Assembly (NCBI RefSeq): GCF_001447785.1
Contig: NW_015172574.1
Span: forward strand, 355,403 to 419,402
Direction of reading: 5' to 3'
Source: Gekko japonicus
Lineage: Eukaryota
Length of the DNA: 64,000 nucleotides
Shown here: positions 24,762 to 38,152 of the stretch, one piece after another
Numbering within the stretch: position 1 is the stretch's first letter
Layout of the letters: the number at the start of each line of letters is the position of its first letter
Notes under the pieces: generated by a model
Seen by the model: the letters and a program-made list of their open reading frames with translations, nothing else
The model's database searches: none
Told to the model about the DNA's origin: nothing
Made by a program: the position numbers and the translations under genes

Positions 24762-27617
24762 AAAGATGGTAAAAGGCCACCTGGGCTTCCATCGTTAAAG
24801 AGGAGTCCAGGAGCACACCCAGACTCCTAACCTCCGACGCTGGCACCAAAGGCGCCCCATCGAACGTGAGGAGGGGGAGCCCCAACCCTGAACTGACCCA
24901 ACTCAGGCCCAGGACCTCCATCTTCACCGGGTTTAGTTTCAGCTGGCTCAGCCTGAGCCAAACAGCCACAGCCTGCAGCGACCAATGAAGGTCATCTGGG
25001 GCAGAGTTCGACTGGCCGCCCAACATCAGATAGAGCTGGGTGTCATCTGCATATTGGTGACACCCAAGCCCACAACTCTGGGCAAGGGAGCGCATGTAGA
25101 TGTTAAACAACATTGGGGACAGCACTGCCCCCTGAGGCACCCCACAGTCAAGGGGATGCCTCCGGGACGACTGATCCCCTTTGTCCCCGACGTTGGAGAA
25201 ACGAGGCAAACCACTGAAGGGCAAGCCCCTGAATCCCCATGATGGCGAGGCGGTGGGTCAGCAACTGGTGGTCAACCGTGTCAAACGCAGTGGACAGATC
25301 TAACAACAGCAGTGCCACCACACCACCTCGATCCAGATGCCTTCGGAGGTCGTCAGTCAGGGCAACCAGCACTGTCTCAGTCCTGTGACCTGGGTGGAAG
25401 CTGGACTGGAAGGGACCTAAGACAGAAGCATGCTCCAGATAGCCCTGTAACTGTAACACCACCACCCTCTCAATAAGTTTGCCCAAATAGGGCTAATTGG
25501 ACACCGGTCAGTAGTTGGCCAATTTGGCCAGGTCCAAGGATGGTTTTTTTCAAGAGAGGGCGGACCATCGCTTTCTTGAGTGCTCTGGGGAACCGTCCCT
25601 CCAAGAGGGACTTGTTAATAATCTCCCTCAGGGCACCTCGGAATCCCTCGTGGCCCGCTTTAATGAGCCAGGAGGGGCACGGATCAAGGTCACACGTGGT
25701 TGGACGCACCAATACGAGCAATCTGTCAACTTCCTCCAGGCTGAGTAGGCTAAAACACTCTAAAACCAGAACCGAAGATGCGCAAGGGGCCTCAAGTTCA
25801 CTCACTGTTTCAATTGTGGCGGGGAGGTTGCAGCGGAGAGATCGCATAGAGATCTCTCTTTGCGGCCTTGACTGCCATCTCATAGGATCTCATAAACGTC
25901 CTATAGGATGCTCTTGACGCCTTGTCGCGAACACGGCGCCACTGTCTCTCTAACCGTCTCAGTTCTCGCTTCAGCTGCCACAACTCCTGGGTATACCAGG
26001 GTGCCCGCCTAGAGCAAGTGCAGAGAGGGCACCTGGGAGCAATCTGGTTGATGGCTGTGGAGAGCCGGCCATGCCACTCCTCCACCAGCTCATCCAATGA
26101 GCCGCCAGGGGGCCTTGGATCCCGCAGGGCCATCTGGCTCCGTGGGCGAGCAAAAATCTGCTCACCGCCTAAACAGGGTCGGGGTGGCACCTTCAGAAGG
26201 GCCTTCAGGGCATGGTGGTCTGACCATGGCACTACTTCTGTAGTGATCAAATCGAGCATATGAGCCGCCCGATGCATAGGGGCCGATACAAGTTGAGAGA
26301 GCCCCAGTGCTGCCATGGACGACACTAGGTCTATAGCCCGGCTGGAGACCGCGTCCTCAGCATGGACGTTGAAGTCACCCAGGACAATCAGTCTAGGGTG
26401 CTCCAACGCCCAGCCTGATATGGCCTCCAGCAGGGATGGCAGACTACTAGCCGGTGCGTTAGACCAGCCAGATCGCCAAGCTCTCCTCAGCCTCCAGCAT
26501 CAAGCCAACACATTCCACACCCGTAATCTCCACAGACAGGAGTGCCCTGAAGGAGTAAGCCTCCCAAATGAAGATAGCCACTTCTCCCCCCCACCCCCTA
26601 GTCCGTGAGGTCCCCCCAGCGTCGGAGGTTAGGAGTCTGGGTGTGCTCCTGGACTCCTCAACGATGGAAACCCAAGTCGGCTTTTTACCATCTTCGACTA
26701 GCTCAGCAGTTGGTTCCTTTCCTTGACCGCGATGACCTGGCTACAGTGATCCATGCGACAGTCACCTCAAGATTAGACTACTGTAACGCTCTCTACATGG
26801 GGCTGCCTTTGTCGCAAATCCGGAAGCTGCACCTAGTGCAGAATGCTGCATCCAGGCTATTGATGGGTGTCTCTAGACGGGACCATATCAAGCCTGCGCT
26901 CAAACCACTGCACTGGCTGCCTATAACGTACCGGGTTCGCTTCAAAGTGCTGGTTCTTACCTTTAAAGCCCTACATGACCTGAGGGACTGCCTTTCCCCA
27001 TATGTTCCCCCAAGGGCACTAACGGTCGGGGACTCAGCACCTCCGGGCCCCAAAGATGTTAAACTGGCTGCAACCAGGGCCAGGGCCTTTTCGGTGGCGG
27101 CTCCTATCTGGTGGAATGAGCTCCCGGAAGAGACTTGGGCCCTGCGGGACCTTGCGGAGTTCCGCAGGGCCTACAAGATGGAGCTATTCCGCCAGGCTTT
27201 TGACTGCGGGACCTTGCGGAGTTCCGCAGGACCTACAAGATGGAGCTATTCCGCCAGGCTTTTGAGTAGGAGCCACTACCCCCATTATACCATAACCGTT
27301 CCACTATTATACCATCACTGCACCACTATTATCTAGTAGAGCGGGTATCATTGGGGGGAATGAAATGGCCCTGGGATGAAGAGATGACGGCAGTGCTGTG
27401 TGGAACTCTTGTTGTTCTGGGTCTATCCTTCCAGAACCCCATCTTGTGATTAATGGATTTGTAACAACCAGAGCACTCACACTTTATTGTATTGTTTAAG
27501 GTTGTTTTATTCTGTTTTTAACTGTTTTAACCTTGGCATACGTGCCTCTTCTGTTAGCCGCCCTGAGCCTGCTCTGGGGAGGGCGGGGTATAAATTTAAT
27601 AATAAATAAAAATAAAC
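24762..27617. mobile_element. L2 LINE with inverted 5' portion (24762-26600, minus) and forward 3' portion (26616-27617, plus)
   Basis: Endonuclease VLGDFNVH and RT motifs on minus; TSRLDYCN, LHWLP and the (AATA) tail on plus. Confidence 0.9.
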
Positions 27618-27845
27618 ATGAATACGCAGCCAGACTGCAGCGAGTCTAAATAATGAGACTAGTGGGCACTCTTCGTATGCTTCAGTATCAGCATTGGTGA
27701 ACACATCAGGTAGGCAAAGCCACTGCGCTTCCACATAGCTCACTGCAATGGAGTAAAGCGTACAACACTGCCTTGGGCTCTTGGGAGGAAACCATGGGAT
27801 ACAAACATCAGTATAATTGTGCATGATGGTACAGGTTACAATCTA

Positions 27846-28031
<186 letters not shown>

Positions 28032-28274
28032 TCATACACCTGTTTGCTCAGTGTCATATGCTGTAAGTATGCAGATTCATCTCCACCAGCCCGGCAATGC
28101 AAAAAGGCACATTACAACATAGTCTTTGATTCTAGTGATGGGAAAATGTGTGAATACATCTAGAGTTCAGAATACATCAAGTGTGATCGTACTCATAACT
28201 ACGTGCACGAAACCAAAAATGGCAACAAAATCTGTGCAATATCCCTTTTAGAAAACTCCATCAGATCGCAGCCA

Positions 28275-28905
28275 ACTAATAGGGACCCCCTAGAGTTTTC
28301 ATGGCAAGCAGAGGTGATTTGCCATTGCCTGCCTCTACATAGCAACCCTGGGCTTTCTTCGTGGTCTCCCATACAAATACTAACCAAATACTGACCCTGT
28401 TTAGCTTCCAGTCTCTAATGAGCTTGGGCTAGTTCAGGCTATTCAGGCTGCATATATTATTTGATGTCTGTCCAGTTAGTGCGAGGAAGCTGGGTGTCTG
28501 CAACTCCATAGGTAAAGCATTGCAGATCCAGCAAGATTGAGCTAGTCTGGGTTGTCCAGGTGAGGGCTTTTAAATAATGGTTAGGGTATCAAATTTGGGT
28601 AGGGAAAACCTGCTCAGCTCTGAAGTTTGCTATATGACCATGAGCAGGTCTGACTCTCAGCCTGACCTGCATCACTGGTCCATGGTGAGGATGAAATGGG
28701 GAAGGGGAGAGCAAACTGTCCTGAATTTACAAGTTGCAGCCAAATAACAGGGACTCCATAGGGTTTTCAAGGCAAGGTATGTTCAGAGGTGGCTTGGCCA
28801 TTGCCTGCCTCTGCGTAGCAAGCCTGGACTTCCTTGGTGGTCTCCCACCCACGTACTAACCAGGGCTGACCCTGCTTAGATCTCAAGATTGGGCTAGCCT
28901 GGACA
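28275..28905 (-). mobile_element. Two 5S-rRNA-derived SINE copies
   Basis: Reverse complement contains CTAAGCAGGGTCAGCCCTGGTTAGTAC.TGG.TGGGAGACC (5S A/C boxes) plus a shared non-5S body. Confidence 0.7.
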
Positions 28906-29788
28906 AGGCACCCTTTTACTATGGCAAACCAAACAGACATAAAATGTTGTGTGAACTTTTAAACTCACTAGAACGCTTCATCAGGCTAGATGTTACAAAA
29001 TTTTAAAGCTAGAAGGGAAGGAAGTACATTTTTCAAGTCATGAAAAGCCCTTTTGAATATCATGGACCTTGTGTTTTTATAACTAGATGTAACCTGTGTT
29101 ATGAAAGCAAATTCAGCAAAATGTCCCAAGTCTAAACTTCTGAAAGTAGATTCCAAAAACATTCCAGAAAGGATCACTGAAAATTATAGTTAATGCCATT
29201 TTTAGCTGTAACATCTGAATACAAGAAATGGTCTCTTATTGAAATGTGAATTTAATCAAAGAATGCACATCAGCTTTTTGGATCATGGCCATAAGGCATA
29301 GGTGAAAAAGTTACAATTTGTGGTAAAAGAAGGGAGAAGATCTAAATGGCTTTACCCAGATTAGGGCTTCTCTGAATCTCCCTTCAACCTGCATTCCCCC
29401 CCAACTGCAACTCCAGAGTGTCAGAGAGCTCTCTGGAATGGTATGCATTGTTACTGGAGAAAATTTCCCTGAGAAGGAAACCATTTGACTCCCCATATAC
29501 CACACAGATATAACCTGCAATCCCAACCGGCTATGGAATGACTCCAAAATTAAACCAAAAATATACCGTCATTGTCATCCATGCAATTCTAATTCAAGGA
29601 AACCACAGAGTTAAAATACTGTTCCTTCGGCCTTGTTCTGCAGCTCAGGACGTCTCTTCCCTGGAGGCTCACCAGAGCCTAAGCTCTTCTGTCTTGTGGA
29701 CAGGGACAGAATTTTTAATGAAATTTGCATACAGAGAGACAGGGTAGAATTAGCAAACCTGCCCCAAGAGTGCTGGATGTGTCTTCTA

Positions 29789-29929
<141 letters not shown>

Positions 29930-30769
29930 TCAAAACACAGATGCAACAGAAGCCTTCACATGCTGTTTCAGCACAACAGAACATCCCAAATTAGTCACGT
30001 TGGTCATACTATATATGTAGAAGCAACATCTCTTACTGAACCACCTTTGGCTAATTAGGACTTTTATCCATACTCAAACTCTACCCTGCAAGGTTTCCCT
30101 TTGTGCCTGGGTATTCAAAGCAAGGTTCCTACATACCCAAGCTATGCTCGTGGTTACCAGTCAGACTAAGAAAAAAAATATGGACTAGAACACTGAATGA
30201 ACTGTGATTACTTCGGCACCTCCCACTTCTATATACAGTATGAGGCTCAGATTTCATTAAGCATTTTAACAATACAGCCACACACAAAAAGCACAGGACT
30301 GTAACATTTCTCTGCCTCCTTGCATTATTAAAAACTAAAGCAAAATATCATATTAGCCCTGCCAAAAATTTGCCACATGCTGTTTTTCCCTGGTGGAGGA
30401 AGGGTGAGGAGTACTGTTAACGTGTCCGCTAAAATCAAAAAGGAGATCAGAGCTGGGTTGTGTGGAATGGTTCTGAATATTACCAAAGCCCCATCAGCAT
30501 AATGAAATTATAGCAAAATGATCAGTAATCAATAGAGAGATGCTAACAGAGGTCAAAGTAATTAAAAATCTATTAACTGATTTAAAAAGAAGCTCAAGGT
30601 GTTTTGGGGTTTTTTGCCTACTGTTTGATCACATTATCTGTTACACTAAAGCAGTGGCACGGTGTTTTAACTCCTCAGGTAGCCTTACAGATGTATTCAG
30701 CATCATTCAGCTGTTTCCATGTGAATGCAATCATAAATGGTGTTTTATTATAATGCACCCAGATCCTCA

Positions 30770-31108
<339 letters not shown>

Positions 31109-31225
31109 TCAGCATCTGAAAACAATCCACTCACCAAGATACAACTTACATTTTAGCTGTATCTGAAGAAGCGAGCAGTGACTTGCGAAAGCTCATACCC
31201 TGCCACACACTTTGTTAGTCTCTAA

Positions 31226-31640
31226 TAGGGTGTACGCTTGGTAAAAACCGAGCTGAATACCCAAAAAATACCTTATCAGTATTTATTAAGTCAAATTCAG
31301 ATTAGGGAATCTGATCAGCTACCAAATAGCTGAGCCTGAATAAACGCCGTAAAAATCCTTCTACTGAAATGGCAAGCTCACTCGGAAGTGGATGAGCTCA
31401 CTGGTCACTTGGAGTTCACTGGTGCATGGTGCAGCTTGGAGATCGATTCTCCATTATACTTATGGGGGCCGTCCCCATAGGGTATAATGGAGCCGAATAA
31501 ATTCAGCAATCCCGATTATATCCGAAATCCGAATATCATACCAATATTGGGATTCAGGAATATTGGGGAAAAAACTATATTTTTCAGGTTTGGTATATCT
31601 GAACTTGAAAAATACTGATTTTTTTGTGTGCACATCCCTA
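31226..31640. mobile_element. hAT-like MITE inserted in a Penelope terminal remnant
   Basis: TIRs TAGGGTGTAC / GTGCACATCCCTA; TSD GTCTCTAA / ATCTTTAA; same family as 50572-50899. Confidence 0.75.
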
Positions 31641-31958
31641 ATCTTTAAGGTGCTACTGGAATTTTGCTCTTTTCTACTGCTACAGACAGACTAATACAGC
31701 TGTCCATCTTCATCAAGGATGAAAGGGACCAAACTACTGAATAACATCTGCAGACTTAGAAGAGTCTTTGGATGCAAGCCTGTGAATTAGTGATAAGAAT
31801 GTACAAGGACAGAGGGGCACACATTAGTACCCCACAAACTGCTAAAGACTAGTGGAAACAAAAGCTAATAATTTTTCTTCTGGGCTTCTTTGCAAAGCTA
31901 TTTATTAGTGCTTTAATCATCACGGTCAGGCAGTGCTGTCTTTGGCAGTGTGCACTTA

Positions 31959-32177
<219 letters not shown>

Positions 32178-33239
32178 TCAGAACAGAATTTCATGCAAAC
32201 CCTACTGTTTGCTTTAAGGCTTGAATGCCACCCAAGGTGGCTCACCTGTAGTTTCTGACAGCAAACAGTCCTACAACACCTCTACCAGCTGTCTTGAAGC
32301 AACCACCACTACTTGTCCAGGAAAGCACTGAGTCAGGAGCAATTTGCAGCAAGACTACAGTAGGTGAGAAACACTAGTGTTACCTTTCCCCTGCTAGGCT
32401 TCCATGCCCATATTTCCATGGTAAAGAAATCTATTTAAGCCCTGGCCATCTGCTAAAATGGATCCACAGAATAGGGGATCAACCACTACTTCACAGCAGT
32501 GTATCAAGCTGGCAGCTCAAGGGATCAATGAGTTTTCAGAGTAACTGGAAGGGGGGATACTTCAGAACAGGCCAGGACAGAATGAAGCAGCAACAATGTA
32601 ATGCAGCGTGCACCTTGAAATGCTTCCCATACAGCTTAAAGCTTTTTCCTTAAGGAAGAATGTCGGTGGGAATGGAAATAAATAACAGATCGCCACAGCT
32701 AATCCTTCTGGAACTGGTCAGGAATAACATAATACTGTGAATAAAGCTTCCATATAAGTGCAAACTTCCTGTTTCACTATGCACACAAGCACATGAAGTC
32801 AGTTCATAATTTCACTCAGGAATTACTCTTGAGCACAGAAAAAAATCCAGTACAGAAGAACAAAATCCAGCAATGACCATGCAAGTACATATCACAAAGT
32901 GATGCACATATAGACACCTATTGGAGATGAGGTGTTTCTCCAGAGGCCAACCAGGTGGGGTGCTATAAGGGTAAGGGAGCCCGGACTGGTCCATGGGATG
33001 GCCATTTTAGTGATGCAGGATGTTCAAGCCTCAGCTCATAACATCACTCATTTTATCCCCATGCTGAGAAATGTGTTCCAGCGCTAGAGAATTCCTTTCC
33101 TTATACCCTGATGTTCTACAATTTCCAGGTCAGTGTAAAACAGAATCTCTATAACTGTGACCTGTTTTTGGTTGACCTGGCTTGCCTGACTTGGAGAACT
33201 TGGATAACGTTTTTTTCCTATCACTCCAGCAAAGTACAT

Positions 33240-34320
33240 GGGTAAGGAGAGATCTAGAGACAATGCCATGGAAGCTGATGTGTGGGGTGCCTCAGGGTTC
33301 TGTTTCTCCCCTAACTTGTTCAGTATCTATGTAAGACTGCTCAGTACCACCATCCATAGCTTTGGAGCTGGATATCGTCAATATGCAGATAACATTCAGC
33401 AATACCAACAAAACCTGCTGAGTAAACCAACAAAACCTGCTGAGTTAGCTCACGGATCCTGGCTAAAGCTGTGAAACTTAATCGAGACAAGACAGATGTG
33501 ATGCTGGTCAGAAAAGTGAATGCCAGGAGAGGGACTGAATCATCAGCTCTGAATGAAGTACCATTGTTCCTGGCCAGCTCTGTCAAGAGTCTGGGTGCAC
33601 TCTGGGCCCCAGCTTTGAAGATGAAGAATCAAGACAGGTTTTGTTTCCAGGAATACCTTATCCCCCAGTTTTATCTAGCTCAGAAGCTGCACTTTCTCTT
33701 GGATCTGATTATGGCGACACTGATCCATGCTATTGCAACTTCAAAACTCGAACACAGCAATGTGCTTGGCCCTGGGTCTGTCAATGAAGACAACTCAGAA
33801 ACTTAAAAATTAGTGCAAAAAGCAGCCGCTCAGCTGAACAAACATGGTCAATCACATTACAGAAAATCTACCTTAGCTACTGGCTTATTTCCAAATTGAA
33901 CTTAAGGTACTGGTGTTAACCTTTAAACTCTGTGCAGCCTAGAAAACCATATACTGGGTCATCTCCAGGTACAAGCCCACAAAAACACCTTCTCATAACG
34001 AAGTGCGCTCAATATACACTCTTAAGCAAGGACGTTTTCTGTGGCAGCACCATCCCTTTAAAACAGGCCACCCAGTGAACTGAGTATAACATGCTTGCAA
34101 CTTTAAAAAAAACAAAAACCGACGAGTATAGAGGCACAGTTCTTAAAAAGAGCTTTTTTCAAAACTACCTTGATTTTTTACATTCTAATTTGCACTGGTA
34201 TTTCGTTTTTTAATTTAGATGACTTTATCAACTGCTGTTGAAATCGATTTGAACCACATAAAAAACAGACTATAAATACCTCGGCTGGGAGGGCGGGGTA
34301 TAAATTTGATAAATAAACCA
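33240..34320 (+). mobile_element. Old degenerate L2 LINE
   Basis: YRQYADN, KLNRDKT, ATLIHAIATSKLEHSN remnants. Confidence 0.7.
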
Positions 34321-34621
34321 ATTCAATACTTCAAATAAATCAAACCATTGCATGCTCTCACGCATACAACCCGGCACCTCCGAATTAACAAAACACCCCA
34401 ACGCAGGAGCTGAAAACCGAAAGTCGGTTATTCGTTACTTCTCAGCCCAGCCTACCTTACAGGGCTGCTATTAAGGTGAAACAAAATCACGTCCTTTGGA
34501 TCGAGCTGTTTAAACAATACGAGCGTGCCGATCAAGAGACCGGACACCGTAGAGACCCGGAAGAAGGCGCTGCATCGCCGCCACCGCCTCCCTCCCCCCA
34601 GTTCCCACGAACTCTACTCAC

Positions 34622-34737
34622 AGATTGATGGTCCGCTCGAGCGTGAGGGGCTTGCTTTGCTGGATATATTTGTTGCCGAACTGGTTGACGCCGCGGGGCC
34701 AGCCAGTCTGGGAGCGGTTGGGCGGCACGACGGACAT
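34622..34737 (-). CDS. NUDT21: NUDT21 (CFIm25/CPSF5) exon 1 ([39 protein letters not shown])
   Basis: ATG at 34737, GTGAGT donor, 116 nt; the seven exons sum to 684 nt = 227 aa + stop. Confidence 0.97.
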
Positions 34738-34739
34738 TC

Positions 34740-35391
34740 TGGAGGAGGCTGGAGCAGCCTAAAAGGCCACAAGCATTCCTCGGCCGCGCTCAGTCTCCGC
34801 TCCGTCCCACACCCGCCAAAGTCTACGCCGGAACCGCCAAGCGACACTTCCGGAAACCATAGAGAGGCACGCATACAGAGATCGCCCTCCGCCCACTCTA
34901 GGCAACTGAAAGAGATAAAGCGCGGACGAGGCGCGAAAGAAAAGGCCAGCCCCTCGGTTGACATCGCTAGCATCCGATTGGTGGGAACGCCAAAACCAAT
35001 GGGGACAGCCGCTGGAGAAACACCCGCTTCCATTGGTGGCTGGAAGAATGCCTTTGACATTCTCATTGGCTCTCATTAGCCGAGCCTTTAGCCTCCATTT
35101 CAAGAGCTTCACGCAGGCGCAAGTCTTGAGCTGTACTTCCGCTCTCAAACAAATCCTCGTCCCCCCTCCCCCCGGGTACAGAACGGATTCAACCATTAAA
35201 ACGCCGCTCTGCGGAAGTGTCACTCTAGACTTATGTCTCTCTGGTGCTGATAGAAGGTCCTTGTGTGGTTCCGATCCCGCCTCTCTGTCCGTTTTTATGA
35301 TTGAATAAACTACTTTTGGGGATGGCCCTTGCTCCGCGAGGCATGATGGGACTTGTAGTTTCCAGAACGGAAGGTGCACGCGGAGAGAACG
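34740..35391. promoter_or_regulatory. Bidirectional CpG-island promoter NUDT21/OGFOD1
   Basis: Head-to-head ATGs about 655 bp apart; several CCAAT/ATTGG boxes (~34977, 34996, 35032, 35066); ETS/GABP-like CGGAA(G) sites (~34846, 35135, 35212, 35368); ACTACA-SBS (ZNF143/THAP11) motif AACTACAAGTCCCATCATGC on the minus strand at 35341-35360. Confidence 0.85.
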
Positions 35392-35575
35392 ATGAGTCGG
35401 AGGCAGAGGGGTCCCTTCCCGGCTGGCGGAGATTTCAACTCCTCGCCAGGGGAACTCGGGAAGAAGAAGCGTCTCAAGCGGGAGGTGCGCGCCGAGTTCT
35501 CTGCGGCTCTGAAGGAGCCTGTCCTGCAGGAGAAAGTCGTCGCCTCCTGGGCCCGTAAAGAAGCCCTTGAGCACG
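35392..35575 (+). CDS. OGFOD1: OGFOD1 (2OG/Fe(II) prolyl-3-hydroxylase of RPS23) exon 1
   Basis: ATG 35392, MSRRQRG...GKKKRLKREVRAEFSAALKEPVLQEKV...; GTAGGC donor; the 13 exons sum to 1632 nt = 543 aa + stop. Confidence 0.88.
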
Positions 35576-36071
35576 GTAGGCAGAGCAAGGGGGATATCGT
35601 TCAGGCGTCTTTTTAACACAAGCCACCTACAAGGTTCTAGTCCTCAGTTACTGAGGCTGTCTTAGGCCAGTACCATTGCAAAGCGAAGGCTAGTGGCTCG
35701 TTAAAGACTTTTATTTATTGCAGTGTGTGGAGTTAACCATTTCTCAGGCTGCGTCAGATGCCCTGTGATTTCTTAAAAGTATTTGTTCAGCCTTTCCCCC
35801 GCTTCCCCCCCCCCCCATGTATTGGAAATCCCAAAGCCACTCAAAACCTTCTTCGTCCAGTAGTTGGCCAGAGAAAGGAGGTCACTGCATGTCGGGGTGA
35901 AAGCCGGGGGTGGAACACTATAAGCATGTAGATAGTTTCAAAGGGTAGCTGTGCTGGTCTGCAGTGGAACAGTTAGGCTTGAGTCCAGTAGCACCTTAAA
36001 GACCAACGAGAGTTTCGGGGTATGAGCTTTTAAGAGTCAAACTTCCCTTCATCAGATATAACAGTCTAAAA

Positions 36072-37735
36072 CAAGGGGGTTGGACTCATTTGTTACAACG
36101 GCCGGATCTGACATAAATGGGACTTTGTGGGGCCAGGCCATGCATGTCATAAAATGTAATGCTAGGTAGCAGAAATATAAACTTTATAAAAGACATGAAC
36201 ACAACTAAAGGTATTATTTTTTTACTTAAAATACAAATATGCTCAAAACTCTTGCAGTATTTCCTTTATTTAACAGTCTTTGATAATTGACACCTCCCAA
36301 ACCTTCACACCCTTCCTTAAAAGATGCCTGCCTAAAATCAAAAGGTGGGGGAATAATGGGATTTGGCAATGCAATTTTAAAACATCAAGAAAAAGCACAA
36401 GGATCACAGCAGAAACTAAAATATAAACTAAAAAATATAAAATGCTCTGAGCCTAGGAATATAAAATGGCTGGGCATTGCAAGCTTCTCCCCTCCCCCCC
36501 AGGTATACTCAGAGTGGCAGTGGCTCTCCAGTGTAATGCCCCCCTTTGGCTGTGGGTTTCCAGGTTAGAGTACTTACACAGGTACCCATTCTCAAGTCCA
36601 TTCAGCAGAGACAAGATGGCTTAAAACATCAACACTGTATTTGCAAGGAGACAACTCCAGCAAGCAGCTTTAGCTATACAAACACTGGAAAATGAAACTA
36701 CTTGAGCTCCCCTCTATTGAAATATGGCAGCACAGCACAGATGAAGTTGCAAAGAAAATGCAGAATGGATTTCCTATTAAGGTCCCAGGTAGACTACTCT
36801 GGGACTGGAATGACAGCCACTAGAGTGAAATGACAGTCCCTGGGAGTAGCACAAGCATTATGGGATTGGAATGAGGGCCCCCAGAGTAGAATTCCATTCC
36901 CAGAATGCCGCTGCTACTCTTAGGGGCTGCCATTCCACTCTGTGCCCTGTCATTCCAGTCCCAGAACACAGATTCTATTGGTAGGGACCGTCATTCTACT
37001 CTGGGGACTGTCATTCCAGTCCCAGAGCACTGCTTTCATTGCTAGATACAGTCCCAGAGTAGTCTATCTGGGTGCAGAGACCTTAATGGGAAAATCCATT
37101 CCGTATTTTCTTTGTAAATTTTCAAGCCCTGAGGAGCTCCCTGTGGAAGCAGGCCAAGACAAGAGGGAAGGAGCTGGTGTCAAGCTCAGACTAACTTTGC
37201 TCAGGCTAACTTTCGATTTCCTTAAACTCTGGTTCTCGTTATCTTCACTTGTCATTTTGAATTGCTGGGGGGCGGGTATGTTGTTGGGAGTGCATGGGAG
37301 TAGAGCTGTAACTTTCCTGAAGAAGCGCCCCAGTCAGTTTCCCATGAGACTGACCTTGGAGTACCTTTCTCTGCCAGCCTAGACAGGGCACCATATATCT
37401 GTCTGTGTTGCCATAGTGATGGCAGGGCTAGGGGTGGTGTGTATGGATGTGGAATTTTACGCTTCTCCCTATATCTTGTAATTGCCCATGCACTTCCTCA
37501 GTCCTAACAAAAGGTCTTGAACCCACAGTATCATATCTCTAATAAAGCATTACACTGCCAATAGTGTGTGTGGAGAGTGAATTAACTGGGGACTTGACAG
37601 CTGGGAACTTTGGTCGCCTCAAGCTTCAAAGGGTGAGGACAGGAGCGGGAGGGGGGGGGAGAGAAGAGCCACGGGCCTGATTAAAGCCATGGGTGGGCCG
37701 CTTCCAGCCCGTGGGCCTTAAGTTTGACACTTGTG
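36072..37735. mobile_element. hAT (Charlie-like) non-autonomous element with a nested palindrome
   Basis: Perfect 8-bp TSD GTCTAAAA (36064-36071, 37736-37743); degenerate CAGGGGTGTCAAACT-type TIRs. Confidence 0.75.
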
Positions 37736-38006
37736 GTCTAAAAGCTTGGCCCCAGGAGACAATTGTACAAGTTAGCAAGTCCCACACATGCAGAGCTGGT
37801 TGGCATTTTTGTCTTTGCTTTGGTAATTAGGTTGGAAAAGAAAGGGCCCCCGAGTACGCTTTGAGAGACCTTCCTTCATCACTCACCCGGCTCTTTAATA
37901 CCTAGGATTGGGGGCGCATGTTCTGGCTCTCGCTGCATTCTGAGACTAAAGGGCAGCATTGTTATTAAGTAGCTCTTTTATGGATCTGTGTCTGTGTTTT
38001 CTCAAG

Positions 38007-38152
38007 AGGCCATTGTGCTGGATCCTGTTCCCTTCTGCCACTGTGTCATCCCAGACTTCATCCAGAATGAGAGTTTTGTCGAAGGACTGCAGAAGGAGCT
38101 GTTGAGCCTGGATTTCCATGAAAAGTGCAACGACTTGTACAAATTCAAGCAG
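38007..38152 (+). CDS. OGFOD1: OGFOD1 exon 2 ([20 protein letters not shown]...NDLYKFKQ)
   Basis: AAG acceptor, GT donor, 146 nt. Confidence 0.95.

Noticed and set aside
35343-35558. Out-of-frame ATGATG upstream of the OGFOD1 ATG (possible overlapping uORF)
   Set aside because: Lies within the ZNF143/SBS promoter motif, probably upstream of the TSS; not supportable without TSS data
34525-35619. Long ORFs (184, 150 and 286 aa) across the NUDT21/OGFOD1 promoter
   Set aside because: By-products of a GC-rich CpG island with few stop codons; no recognisable domains; they overlap real first exons in other frames or strands
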